Shown piece after piece: positions 47,046-56,464 of a stretch of 63,381 nt of DNA. The stretch comes from an uncultured Oscillibacter sp. (lineage in GTDB: Bacteria > Bacillota > Clostridia > Oscillospirales > Oscillospiraceae). The notes below the pieces were generated by a model. The model worked only from the letters and a program-made list of their open reading frames with translations. It did no database searches and was not told the origin of the DNA. Where the stretch lies: contig NZ_CAJULS010000001.1 of the NCBI RefSeq assembly GCF_910587525.1, positions 1 to 63,381 of the forward strand, given 5' to 3'. The position numbers and the translations under genes are program-made. The first letter of the stretch is position 1, and every line of letters starts with the position of its first letter.

Positions 47046-47347
47046 GTTTCTATTACCTCCATAAAAGTCCACAGTACATGGATCAAGTTATCCTCATTAT
47101 ACACCACTGACCCGCCGGGTCAATTGAAAAATGAAAATCCTCACAAAAAAATTTACATTTATTCCACTGCCAGCCAAATAAAATATGCAAATTATACAAA
47201 ATACACCCCTGAATTCTAGGCATACAGCCTCTTTTTTTCTCTAAAAATGCCGATCCTCGCCATTTTCCAGGGTTGACGGGAGCCGTAAAACGCGGTATGA
47301 TACCAATGGTAACAAATTGTAACTTTTATGCCTTTTTCAGGAGTATT

Positions 47348-49261
47348 ATGAGTCAACGACCAAGATCAAAGAAGTCGCCGTCCGGCGGGCGGCGCATTGC
47401 AAACCCCCGGGCAGAGCGCCAGGAAGACCGGCGGGAGGAGCACCGCCTGGACCCCTCGGTATCCACCGGCGCTACGGCGGGCCTCTATTCCCGGGGTCTT
47501 GCGCCGGAGCCCCCTGCGGTCACATCGGAAACTGCCCCCCAGGAACACGCGGTGGAGAACCGCCTCCGCCGCACGGCCAGGCGGCGGGCCGCCATCCCCG
47601 CCTGGGAGGAACCGGACCCAAAGAAGACCGCCGGAAAAACCGCCACTTCCCCGCGCAGATCCGGCGAGCCCCGGCCCACGGTTACCTGGTATCAGGCCAT
47701 CGCTTGGAATCTAAAGCGGGCCAAACGCCGCTGGCGCCACATTCTGCGGGAAAAACGGGCTTCCCGCTTCCCTGAGTCCAACCGCTTTCCCATTCAAATC
47801 CTGCTGTTGATCTGGGGCATTTTTCCCATGTGGGGCAGTCTGCTGCAGGAGCGTCTCTGGGGCCACCGGAAACGGGCCATCAGCCGGGGCACCTCCCGGC
47901 CGGAGCGGCCGGAACGGGCCGGACACCGTGTGCTGTTCCCCCTGCTGTTCCTGGGGGGCACAGCCTGTATCGCTTTGGCAGCTCTGTTCCTCTCCACTTA
48001 CACCTATGGCACCACGGTCAGTTACAATGGCGAGGTCATCGCCGCCATGAGCTCCCAGACCGCCGCCGAAGAGGTTCGCCACGATCTGGAGCAGATCACC
48101 ACCCGCACTCTGGGTGAGAGCTTCACCATTGACGACTCCCTGATCCAATACTCCTCCGGCCTGCTGCGCCGGCAGGACCTGGTGGACCCGGAGACCTACG
48201 CCGAAGACCTCTCCCAGGAGGTGGGCCTGGTAACCGCCGCATACTGTCTGTATGTGGAAGGGGAATTTATTGGGGCCACGCCCTACGCTGGAGCCCTGGA
48301 TGAACTCCTAAAGCAGCTGAAAGCCGCCGGCACCGACGAGGACACCATCTTCTGCGACTTCTCAGAGACTGTGAATATCAAAGAGGAGTACGTCCCCAGC
48401 GACCAGATCATGAATCTAGGGTATCTGGCAGAGACGCTGTACAGCACCAAGACCGCCGAGGTCACCTATGAGGTGAAACAGGGCGACACCTGGTCCGAGA
48501 TCGCCGAGGACCACGGCCTGACTTCCAAGGAGCTGGAAGCCCTGAACCCCGGCTATGACATCAACAAGCTGCAGATCGGCGAAATCCTGACCATGTCCTC
48601 CTCCGTGCCCTACCTGACTAGGACGGTGGTCCAAAAGGAACGGTATGTAGCCGAGGTAAACTACGACGTGGAGTACACCGACGATAACAGCATGTACAAG
48701 GGCGACACCAAGGTGACCTCCAAGGGCGTCTTCGGCGCGGCGGACGTAGTGGCCAACGTCACCTACGTCAACGGCGAGGAGGTGGAGCGGACAGTCCTCT
48801 CCTCCGTCACTCTCCGGGAACCTGTGACGGAGCACCAGCTCCGGGGCACGAAGGAGCGTCCCACCTGGTATCCCACCGGCACGTTCCGCTGGCCCATTAC
48901 GGGCCGTATTACCTCCCGCTTCGGCGGACGGAAGTCCCCCGGCGGCATCGGCTCCACCAACCACCAGGGCATCGACATCGCGGCCCCGCGTGGCACGCCG
49001 GTCTACGCCGCCGACGGCGGCACCGTCACCTACTCCGGCTGGATGGGCGGCTACGGCTATCTGGTGGAAATCGACCACGGCAACGGCTACAAGACTCGCT
49101 ACGGCCATAACAGCAGCCTGACGGTCTCCGTGGGCCAGCACGTCTACAAGGGCCAGCAGATTGCACGGGTGGGCTCCACCGGCAACTCCACCGGCAACCA
49201 CTGTCACTTTGAGGTCCGCTACAACGGCGTGGCCCGCAATCCGCTGAACTATCTGCCCTAG
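47348..49261 (+). CDS. Membrane-anchored LysM-G5-M23 peptidoglycan endopeptidase
   Basis: LysM YEVKQGDTWSEIA; G5 region; M23 HQGID, YGH, HCHFEVR; start uncertain. Confidence 0.9.
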   Translation: MSQRPRSKKSPSGGRRIANPRAERQEDRREEHRLDPSVSTGATAGLYSRGLAPEPPAVTSETAPQEHAVENRLRRTARRRAAIPAWEEPDPKKTAGKTATSPRRSGEPRPTVTWYQAIAWNLKRAKRRWRHILREKRASRFPESNRFPIQILLLIWGIFPMWGSLLQERLWGHRKRAISRGTSRPERPERAGHRVLFPLLFLGGTACIALAALFLSTYTYGTTVSYNGEVIAAMSSQTAAEEVRHDLEQITTRTLGESFTIDDSLIQYSSGLLRRQDLVDPETYAEDLSQEVGLVTAAYCLYVEGEFIGATPYAGALDELLKQLKAAGTDEDTIFCDFSETVNIKEEYVPSDQIMNLGYLAETLYSTKTAEVTYEVKQGDTWSEIAEDHGLTSKELEALNPGYDINKLQIGEILTMSSSVPYLTRTVVQKERYVAEVNYDVEYTDDNSMYKGDTKVTSKGVFGAADVVANVTYVNGEEVERTVLSSVTLREPVTEHQLRGTKERPTWYPTGTFRWPITGRITSRFGGRKSPGGIGSTNHQGIDIAAPRGTPVYAADGGTVTYSGWMGGYGYLVEIDHGNGYKTRYGHNSSLTVSVGQHVYKGQQIARVGSTGNSTGNHCHFEVRYNGVARNPLNYLP

Positions 49262-49277
49262 CGCGGCATATACGATG

Positions 49278-49310
49278 AAACGGGCCTCCCCTATCCGGGG
49301 AGGCCCGTTT
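49278..49310. terminator. Terminator
   Basis: AAACGGGCCTCCCC / GGGGAGGCCCGTTT. Confidence 0.75.
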
Positions 49311-49631
49311 TCTTTGCGCCAAAATCCTCTGTGTTCTCCATCTGCTCCAGCAGCGCCGCCATACTCTCCGGGGCCGGGCCGCAGCCCTCCCGGATCCACT
49401 TCTCCAGCTGGGAGAGGAGGATGGCGCAGGCGCCGCCCCGTCCTCCCGGACAGACCAGGTAAAGAGCTCATAGACGTCAGCAAAGTGGCAGTAAAAAGTC
49501 TGGCGGTGGATGCCGCACCGGTCCGTCAGGGGGTGGACCTGTACCCGCTCCAAGGGCGTGGTCTCCAGCAGCTCCCACAGAGCGTCCGCCAATTTGCGCT
49601 TTGTCCGTGTCCCCTTCAAGACTGTCTGCAT
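49291..49631 (-). pseudogene. TetR-family regulator remnant (internal deletion and frameshift)
   Basis: TKRKLADAL...CGIHRQTFYCHFADVYEL HTH followed in another frame by LEKWIREGCGPAPESMA; middle of the protein absent. Confidence 0.7.
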
Positions 49632-49925
49632 ACCGGCTTTCCCTCTATCTCTCCCGCAAAAATACGGTCTCACTCCCTGCTCTCCAGATATCTCTGCCCA
49701 TATCTGCCCAAAATATAGGTTAAACCTGTATGTGATATAGCGCAAACCTCTGCTAAATACAAGTGTAACTTATAAAATTTCATTAAGGAGAAGCACATCC
49801 CATTTTTAAACTATTGGAATATCAATCGATTCCATTTGCCCTCCAAATATAGCATAAACCCATATAGGCTCCCCGTCTCATGTCTCGGGCGGCGGGCAGC
49901 GCGGGGAGGTTGCAGGGAGGGTATT

Positions 49926-50219
49926 ATGGAGAACCATATCAGGCAGCTGCGGGAAGAATTTCACATGACCCAGGCCCGTCTCAGCATCGAGCTGGGAGCC
50001 TCCCAGGAGACAGTGAGCGCCTACGAAAACCGGAAGCATTACCCCAGTTTTCCACAATTGCAGAAGATGTCCGCTATCTTCCACGCCAGCATCGACTATG
50101 CCATGGGCCTCTCCGAAATCCGCCGCCCCGCTCTGCCCCGGGAAGCCGGGGATCTCTCCGCCCTGCTGGATCTGGCCCCGACCTATATCCTGGGAATGCT
50201 GGACACCTCCGCCCCGTGA
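49926..50219 (+). CDS. XRE-family HTH regulator
   Basis: IRQLREEFHMTQARLS...SQETVSAYEN...SIDYAMG; GGAGG RBS. Confidence 0.85.
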   Translation: MENHIRQLREEFHMTQARLSIELGASQETVSAYENRKHYPSFPQLQKMSAIFHASIDYAMGLSEIRRPALPREAGDLSALLDLAPTYILGMLDTSAP

Positions 50220-50353
50220 AACGCGCCGGCCCGGCCGCCGAAGGCAGCCGGGCCCTCACCTCTTGAAAAATTTCACGAAAAGTTGAAGAAATCCGGGCCC
50301 CTGTCCCGTAATATAGGCATCAGGCGCACGGGAGGGAGGTGGCGGCAGGAAAC

Positions 50354-50872
50354 ATGACAAAAGAGCAGTTTTCGGAGTTGGTATCCCAGTACGAACGGCT
50401 GGTCTATACCGTCTGCTTTCAGTTGGTGCGGGACGCCTCCGCTGCCGAGGACCTGACCCAGGAGACATTCCTCTCTGCCTGGCTCCACCGGGGTTCCCTC
50501 CCCCAGGGCTATGAGCGGCAGTGGCTGGGACGCATCGCCGCCAACAAGGCCAAGGACCACCTGCAAAGCGCCTGGTCCCGTCACAGCGTGCTTCCGGGGG
50601 ACGGGGCCATGCCCCCGGGCCTGGCCCCGCCCGCCGAGGAAATCGCCCTGCAAAAGACCGGAGCGGCCTCCATTGCGGCAGAAATCGAAGCCCTCAAGGA
50701 GCCTTACCGGCCGGTGTGCCGCCTGTGCCTGCTGGAGGAGAAGTCCCCGGAGGAGGCGGCCCTGGCCCTGGGCAGGCCGGTAAAGACAGTACATACACAG
50801 CTCTCCCGGGGCAAACGGCTGCTGCGGGAGCGATTGGAAAGGAGCGGAGGATATGGAACGGTTTCGCGCTGA
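50354..50872 (+). CDS. ECF RNA polymerase sigma factor
   Basis: AEDLTQETFL, WLGRIAANKAKD, TVHTQLSRGK. Confidence 0.92.
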   Translation: MTKEQFSELVSQYERLVYTVCFQLVRDASAAEDLTQETFLSAWLHRGSLPQGYERQWLGRIAANKAKDHLQSAWSRHSVLPGDGAMPPGLAPPAEEIALQKTGAASIAAEIEALKEPYRPVCRLCLLEEKSPEEAALALGRPVKTVHTQLSRGKRLLRERLERSGGYGTVSR

Positions 50873-51323
50873 CGGACATCTGACAAACGAGGCGCTGGCG
50901 GCCCTGGTCCGGGACGATGGCCTGGACGAACTGGGCCGCCTGGAGATCGCGGAGCACCTGTCCTTCTGCGATCTGTGCCTCCAGCGGTACACGGACGCCT
51001 TGGCCGGCACGGTGCTGCTGGAGCCGGAGCGGTCCTGCCAGAAGACCCTCTGGGTCCGCGTCAGAACGCGGACCCTCCGGCTGGTGACCAGCCGGTACGC
51101 CACGGCCGCCGCCGCCGTGGCCCTGGCGCTGACCCTGCTGTGGAGCGGCCAGGAGATTCAGCTCTCCCGTCCCGCCCTGCCGGAGACCCGCTCCGCCGCG
51201 GAGCGGCTCCACACCTGGCCGGAGCGCTGGAACGACGCCCTCAGCGAGACGCTGTCGGGCGTGACGGACTTCTTTGACGGCCTGAGGCCGGGAAACAACT
51301 CTCGAGGAGGGATTTCATCATGA
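50853..51323 (+). CDS. Zinc-binding anti-sigma factor (zf-HC2) with one TM
   Basis: EHLSFCDLC (HxxxCxxC); overlaps the sigma gene. Confidence 0.82.
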   Translation: MERFRADGHLTNEALAALVRDDGLDELGRLEIAEHLSFCDLCLQRYTDALAGTVLLEPERSCQKTLWVRVRTRTLRLVTSRYATAAAAVALALTLLWSGQEIQLSRPALPETRSAAERLHTWPERWNDALSETLSGVTDFFDGLRPGNNSRGGISS

Positions 51324-51982
51324 GACTGATCCGAGGCATTTTATTCTTTATCTTCTCCTGCGTCCCCGGGTGCGGGCAGATGCACCAGGGACTTATGAAG
51401 CGGGGCATCTCCCAGACCATTGTGTTCTGCGGCGTGCTGGCCATTGCCATCTTCCTGGAGATCGGAACTCTGGCGGTATTCCTGCTGCCGCTGTGGCTTT
51501 ACTCCTTTTTTGACAGCTACAACCTCCGCCGCCAGCGGATGGAGGGCACGGAGGACGAGGACGCCTACCTCTTCGGCATGTCGGACCTGGACGCCCAGCG
51601 CCTCTCGGAGCTCCTGGCCAAGCGGCACAGCGTCATCGGCTGGGCGCTGGTGCTGGTGGGCCTGTATGTGCTGTATAACACCGTGGTCCAGCAGTTCATG
51701 CGGGGGATTTGGAATCTGTTCCCCTGGCTGGACTGGCTGTATGACCTGCTGGTGTGGGACGCCCCCCGCATCGCGGTGACACTGCTGATCATTGCCCTGG
51801 GCATGTGGTTCATCCGGGGGCCCAAGCGGACGGCCCCGGATGACATCCCCGTCTTCACCCCCGGCCCGGAGGCTGAGGGTCCGGCCTATCAGCCGGAGTT
51901 CTTCCAGGAGGCTCCCCACGCGCCGGACGTCCCCGGCGGCGGGCCGGAAACAGAAGAGGAGGACGCCCATGGAAACGGCTGA
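51320..51982 (+). CDS. Membrane protein of the ECF operon
   Basis: PGCGQMHQGLMKRG...WLYSFFD and several TMs; ATGA coupling. Confidence 0.75.
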   Translation: MRLIRGILFFIFSCVPGCGQMHQGLMKRGISQTIVFCGVLAIAIFLEIGTLAVFLLPLWLYSFFDSYNLRRQRMEGTEDEDAYLFGMSDLDAQRLSELLAKRHSVIGWALVLVGLYVLYNTVVQQFMRGIWNLFPWLDWLYDLLVWDAPRIAVTLLIIALGMWFIRGPKRTAPDDIPVFTPGPEAEGPAYQPEFFQEAPHAPDVPGGGPETEEEDAHGNG

Positions 51983-52664
51983 GCAGGCGGTGCAGACCGC
52001 AGTTCCCCGGCAGCGCCGGGTGGGCACCTTCACCCTGGGGATCGTATTGGTCATTGCCGGCGCGGGGATGCTGGCGTCCATGTTCTGGCCCCAGTTCCAG
52101 CCGGAGTGGCTGCTGAAAGCCTCCCCCTGCATTCTGATTCTCCTGGGAATCGAGACGCTGCTCTCCGCCCGGGGCGGCGGACGGGTGAAATACGACTGGC
52201 TGGGGATGTTCCTCTGCTTCATCCTCACCGGGGCGGCGCTGTGTATGTACTGTGCGGCCTGGTGGGTCGTCAACGGGAATTCCCTCGTCAGCGCCTCCCG
52301 CTGGGCCAACGAATACCTTTACGAGATGACCTACGACCGGTTGGACGGCGCAGACTCCCACACCATGCGCCTGGAGGCGGGGGACACGCTCCAGTGCCAA
52401 ATCTACACCTATTACGGCCGGTTGGAGGTGGAGATCAGCGACGAGGACGGGAACACCCTCTGCGAGGGCAATGCCCTGGAGGGGAACCACACGATTGAGA
52501 TCCCCAGAACCGGGGACTACACCATTTTGGTCTGGGGCCGCCATGCCGGCGGGGGATTTTCCTTCGTCCGCGCCGTTGCCGGGGAGGTCCCGCCGGCGGA
52601 GGAGGCGCCGCCGGAGACCGAGCGTTACTCGGAAATCGAGACCGTTCCCCAAGAGGACGGCTGA
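51969..52664 (+). CDS. Membrane protein with an extracellular beta-rich domain
   Basis: RRVGTFTLGIVLV, three TMs; GGAGG RBS. Confidence 0.7.
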   Translation: METAEQAVQTAVPRQRRVGTFTLGIVLVIAGAGMLASMFWPQFQPEWLLKASPCILILLGIETLLSARGGGRVKYDWLGMFLCFILTGAALCMYCAAWWVVNGNSLVSASRWANEYLYEMTYDRLDGADSHTMRLEAGDTLQCQIYTYYGRLEVEISDEDGNTLCEGNALEGNHTIEIPRTGDYTILVWGRHAGGGFSFVRAVAGEVPPAEEAPPETERYSEIETVPQEDG

Positions 52665-52671
52665 ACCATCT

Positions 52672-52714
52672 GGCATCCGCCGGAACGACACTTGTTTCCG
52701 GCGGATGCCGTTTT
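52672..52714 (+). terminator. Terminator of the ECF operon
   Basis: GGCATCCGCCGGAA / TTCCGGCGGATGCC followed by TTTT. Confidence 0.7.
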
Positions 52715-52732
52715 CATCTGAGAAAGGAGCGC

Positions 52733-53611
52733 TTGAAAATGGAACAGCATCCCTTTTCAACAGCAGAAACCCTCTCCCACGCAGCCATCTATTTTTTGCT
52801 GTTTCTGGCCGGGGACCTCTCCAGCAGCCTGATCTTTGACGGGCTCTTCTCCGTCATCACATTTCAAAGCTGGGAGTGGTATGTCATTCTCCGAATGACC
52901 GGGTGTCTGCTGGTCACGTGGGGCTTTTTCCGGCTCTATACGGAAAAGCGCCTCCATTTGAAAATGGAAGACTTTGGAATCACCTTTCGGATCCCGGTGT
53001 GGAGCGCCGTCCTGTCCCTCCTGCTCCCCGCCTTTGCAGCCGCCGCCTTTTGGACGGTGGGAACGGCGGAGGCAAACGCCTTTTCCCCCGGTGAACTGCT
53101 TCTGACCACGGCCACCTCCGCGGCCATGGCCCTGAAAGCCGGCATTCTGGAGGAGATGCTGTTCCGAGGCTTTATCATGCGGCTGCTTGAGCGCCGCTGG
53201 AACCGGTCTGCTGCGATTCTGGTCCCGTCGCTGCTGTTCAGCCTGGCCCACATCCCCTCCATGGAGGTCTTCACCGCCGGGGGCCTTGCGCTGCTGGCTG
53301 TCAGCGGTACGCTGGTGGGGGTCATGTTCTCCCTGGCCGCCTGCCGGGGAAACTCCATCGGCGGCAGCGCCCTCATGCATGCCGTGTGGAATTTTGTCAT
53401 GGCGACCAACATTCTGCACATCACAACGGCGGAGGGCGCCTACGGCAGCCCGCTGTTTCAAATCACGCTCCCGCTGGACAACATCCTGCTGACCGGGGCG
53501 GGATTCGGCGCGGAAGCCTCTCTCATCGCCATCGCCGGATACGCCCTTGTCTGCCTGGTCCTCCTCTTTCCAAAGGGGCGGACGGCTCTCTTCCGGCCTG
53601 CCTCCGAATAA
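52733..53611 (+). CDS. CPBP (CAAX/Abi) intramembrane metalloprotease
   Basis: EEMLFRG, FSLAH, HAVWN motifs. Confidence 0.9.
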   Translation: MKMEQHPFSTAETLSHAAIYFLLFLAGDLSSSLIFDGLFSVITFQSWEWYVILRMTGCLLVTWGFFRLYTEKRLHLKMEDFGITFRIPVWSAVLSLLLPAFAAAAFWTVGTAEANAFSPGELLLTTATSAAMALKAGILEEMLFRGFIMRLLERRWNRSAAILVPSLLFSLAHIPSMEVFTAGGLALLAVSGTLVGVMFSLAACRGNSIGGSALMHAVWNFVMATNILHITTAEGAYGSPLFQITLPLDNILLTGAGFGAEASLIAIAGYALVCLVLLFPKGRTALFRPASE

Positions 53612-53632
53612 CCCCGCCGCAAGCGGCGGCAC

Positions 53633-53661
53633 AGCCCCGGCCGGATCGGCCGGGGCTTTTT
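53633..53661 (+). terminator. Terminator
   Basis: AGCCCCGGCCG / CGGCCGGGGCT followed by TTTT. Confidence 0.75.
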
Positions 53662-53770
53662 CCGACCTGCCAGACTCCGTCCATTTCCCCGCTCTATTTT
53701 TCTTTCCAAATCCGCCCGAATGTGGTATACTTGTCCGGGAAAATTTTTGTATGAAGGGGGAATCTCCATC

Positions 53771-55255
53771 ATGGCGGCTATCGGCTTTGACAACGAATTA
53801 TATCTCACCACCCAGTCGGAGCAGATCAAAAAACGGATTGCCCAGTTCGGCGGCAAACTGTACCTGGAGTTTGGCGGCAAGCTCTTTGACGACTACCACG
53901 CTTCCCGGGTGCTGCCCGGCTTCGCGCCGGACAGCAAAATCCGGATGCTCCAGCAGCTGCGGGACGATGTGGAGATCGTCATCGCCATCAACGCGGCGGA
54001 CATTGAGAAAAACAAGATCCGGGGGGACCTGGGCATCGCCTACGACGACGATGTGCTGCGTCTCATTGATATCTTCCGGGGCATGGACCTGTATGTGGGC
54101 AGCGTGGTGCTGAACCGCTACAACGGCCAGACCGCCGCCGACGCCTTTTTGAAGCGGCTGACCGCCCTGGGCATCCGGTGCTGCCGCCACTACCCTATCG
54201 CGGGCTATCCCTCCGACGTGCCCCATATCGTCAGCGACGACGGCCTTGGAAAAAACGACTACATCGAGACTACACACTCCCTGGTGGTGGTCACGGCCCC
54301 GGGCCCCGGCAGCGGCAAGATGGCCACCTGCCTCAGCCAGCTCTACCATGACCACAAACGGGGCATCACCGCCGGATACGCCAAGTTTGAGACCTTCCCC
54401 ATCTGGAACCTGCCGCTGAGGCACCCGGTGAATCTGGCCTACGAGGCCGCCACAGCAGACCTGAACGACGTGAACATGATCGACCCCTTCCACCTGGAGG
54501 CCTACGGTGAGACCGCCGTGAACTACAACCGGGACGTGGAGATCTTCCCGGTGCTCAACGCCATCTTCGAGAAAATTCAAGGCGCCTCCCCCTACAAATC
54601 CCCCACGGACATGGGGGTAAACATGGCGGGAAACTGCATCGTGGACGACGGGGTATGCCGGGAGGCCTCCCGGCAGGAGATTCTCCGCCGCTACTACACC
54701 GCCTGTGTGGAGAAAATCCAGGGAAAGGCCGGGGACGAGCCGGTGCGGAAACTGGAGCTGGTGATGAACCAGGCCGGCGTCACGCCGGAAATCTGTCCCG
54801 CTGTGTCCGCCGCCCTTTTGAAGGCCGAGGCCACCGGGGCCCCTGCCGGGGCCATGGTCCTGCCGGATGGCCGGGTGGTGACAGGCAAAACCTCCGAAAC
54901 ATTGGGCGCGGCCTCCGCCCTGCTGCTGAACGCCCTGAAGGCCCTGGGGAACATCGACCACCACTTTGAGCTGATCTCCGCCCAGGTCCTGGAGCCGGTG
55001 TGCCGCCTGAAGACCGGATATCTGGGCCATAAGAACCCCCGCCTTCACACCGACGAGGTGCTGCTGGCCCTGACCATCTCCGCTCTGACCAACCCCCTGG
55101 CGGACCTGGCCCAGCAGCAGATGCCAAAGCTCCGGGGCTGCGACGCCCACTTCTCCGTCATTCTCAGCGACGAGGACGAGCGGCTGCTGCGGCAGCTGGG
55201 CATCAACGTCAGCTTTGAGCCCAAGTACGAGACGAAGAAGCTGTACCACAAGTAA
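53771..55255 (+). CDS. DUF1846 (UPF0371) protein
   Basis: KLYLEFGGKLFDDYHASRVLPGF, APGPGSGKMATC, YAKFETFP. Confidence 0.9.
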   Translation: MAAIGFDNELYLTTQSEQIKKRIAQFGGKLYLEFGGKLFDDYHASRVLPGFAPDSKIRMLQQLRDDVEIVIAINAADIEKNKIRGDLGIAYDDDVLRLIDIFRGMDLYVGSVVLNRYNGQTAADAFLKRLTALGIRCCRHYPIAGYPSDVPHIVSDDGLGKNDYIETTHSLVVVTAPGPGSGKMATCLSQLYHDHKRGITAGYAKFETFPIWNLPLRHPVNLAYEAATADLNDVNMIDPFHLEAYGETAVNYNRDVEIFPVLNAIFEKIQGASPYKSPTDMGVNMAGNCIVDDGVCREASRQEILRRYYTACVEKIQGKAGDEPVRKLELVMNQAGVTPEICPAVSAALLKAEATGAPAGAMVLPDGRVVTGKTSETLGAASALLLNALKALGNIDHHFELISAQVLEPVCRLKTGYLGHKNPRLHTDEVLLALTISALTNPLADLAQQQMPKLRGCDAHFSVILSDEDERLLRQLGINVSFEPKYETKKLYHK

Positions 55256-55266
55256 AGAGGTATCTT

Positions 55267-56293
55267 ATGGAAACGAAATTGCTCTGCGCCTCTAGTTACG
55301 GACTGCTCAGCCTATACCGCAGCAGGCTGATGGGGCTGGCCTGCTGTTCCATGCCTATGAGCTGAAATTTGGCCTCCTCCCGCTGGATGCCTTTAAGGCC
55401 GCCGGTTTTGCGGGGGTGGACGTCTTCTTTCTGCTATCGGGCATGGGGCTGTATGTCTCTCTTTCACAGGCAAACAAGGCGGGGGCTATTGTCCGCATAC
55501 TACGCACGCCCGGCTGTTCGGATCCTGCCGTCCTACTGGCTTGTGGTGGGAACCTATAGCCTGTGGCTGCGCCTCTGCGGCCGTATCTCCCTGAAAACGG
55601 CGGCGTGGAGCATGTCCGCGCTGTACTATTGGTTTCACATCCCTGGCTCGTTTAACTGGTATGTGCCTGCCCTGCTGGCCTTTTATCTGCTCTCGCCCCT
55701 CTTTTTCCGGATGTTCCGCCGCAGCGGTCATCCGCTGGCGCTGGTGTTGGCGGCTTTCCCTGTGTCCTATGGGCTGTACCGCCTGTCCATTGCTCTGGAG
55801 CTGAACTATATGGAGGACTTTCTCTACCGGATTCCCACCTTTTCCCTGGGGGCTTTGCCGGGCGCTGTCTGACGGAGGACCGCCCCCTTGACCGGCGGCA
55901 TGAGGCAGTCTGGGCCCTTCTCGCGGTCTGCGGAGCGCTCCTTTGGGTGCTGGTATCCGCCGGGGCTTTTACATCAACTTTTGCTACATCGCCATCTCCA
56001 TGCTCATGCCGGGGTGTCTGCTGCTGAGTTGGCTGCTGGACGGCCTCCGCATTGAGGGACCGCACCGCTTTCTGCGCCTGCTGGGGAAAAACAGTCTGGA
56101 GATCTATCTTTTGAACGTAGTGTTCACCCGGGAATTTGACACTCTGGCCCCGCTTTTGGACCACGGTCCGCGGTGCCTCTTCTTCTCCCTCTCCTGCTGG
56201 ACGCTGAATATCCTGCTGGGACTGGCGCTGCACCGGGGCATAGAGGCGGCAAAGGCCCGGCTGAGTTGCCGCCGGGAGGCGGCGCGCCGCTGA
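55267..56293 (+). pseudogene. Acyltransferase_3 (OafA/YrhL-like) gene broken by frameshifts
   Basis: YRSRLMGLA / LFH...GVDVFFLLSGMGL / RILPSYW...WYVP / LGKNSLEIYL fall in different frames. Confidence 0.75.
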
Positions 56294-56464
56294 ATGGAGG
56301 AGCTGTACCGGAAAACCATGCGCAGAGACCCGGATGGGGAGAATTTTTTGTAGACTTTTTTGTGGGGCTGGATACCCCGTCCGATGTCCGCGGCAGTACA
56401 CTGGACAAGCTGGCGGAGACCACCCACAGCTTTTGGAATTGATTGGAATGGAAAGGAACACTTT

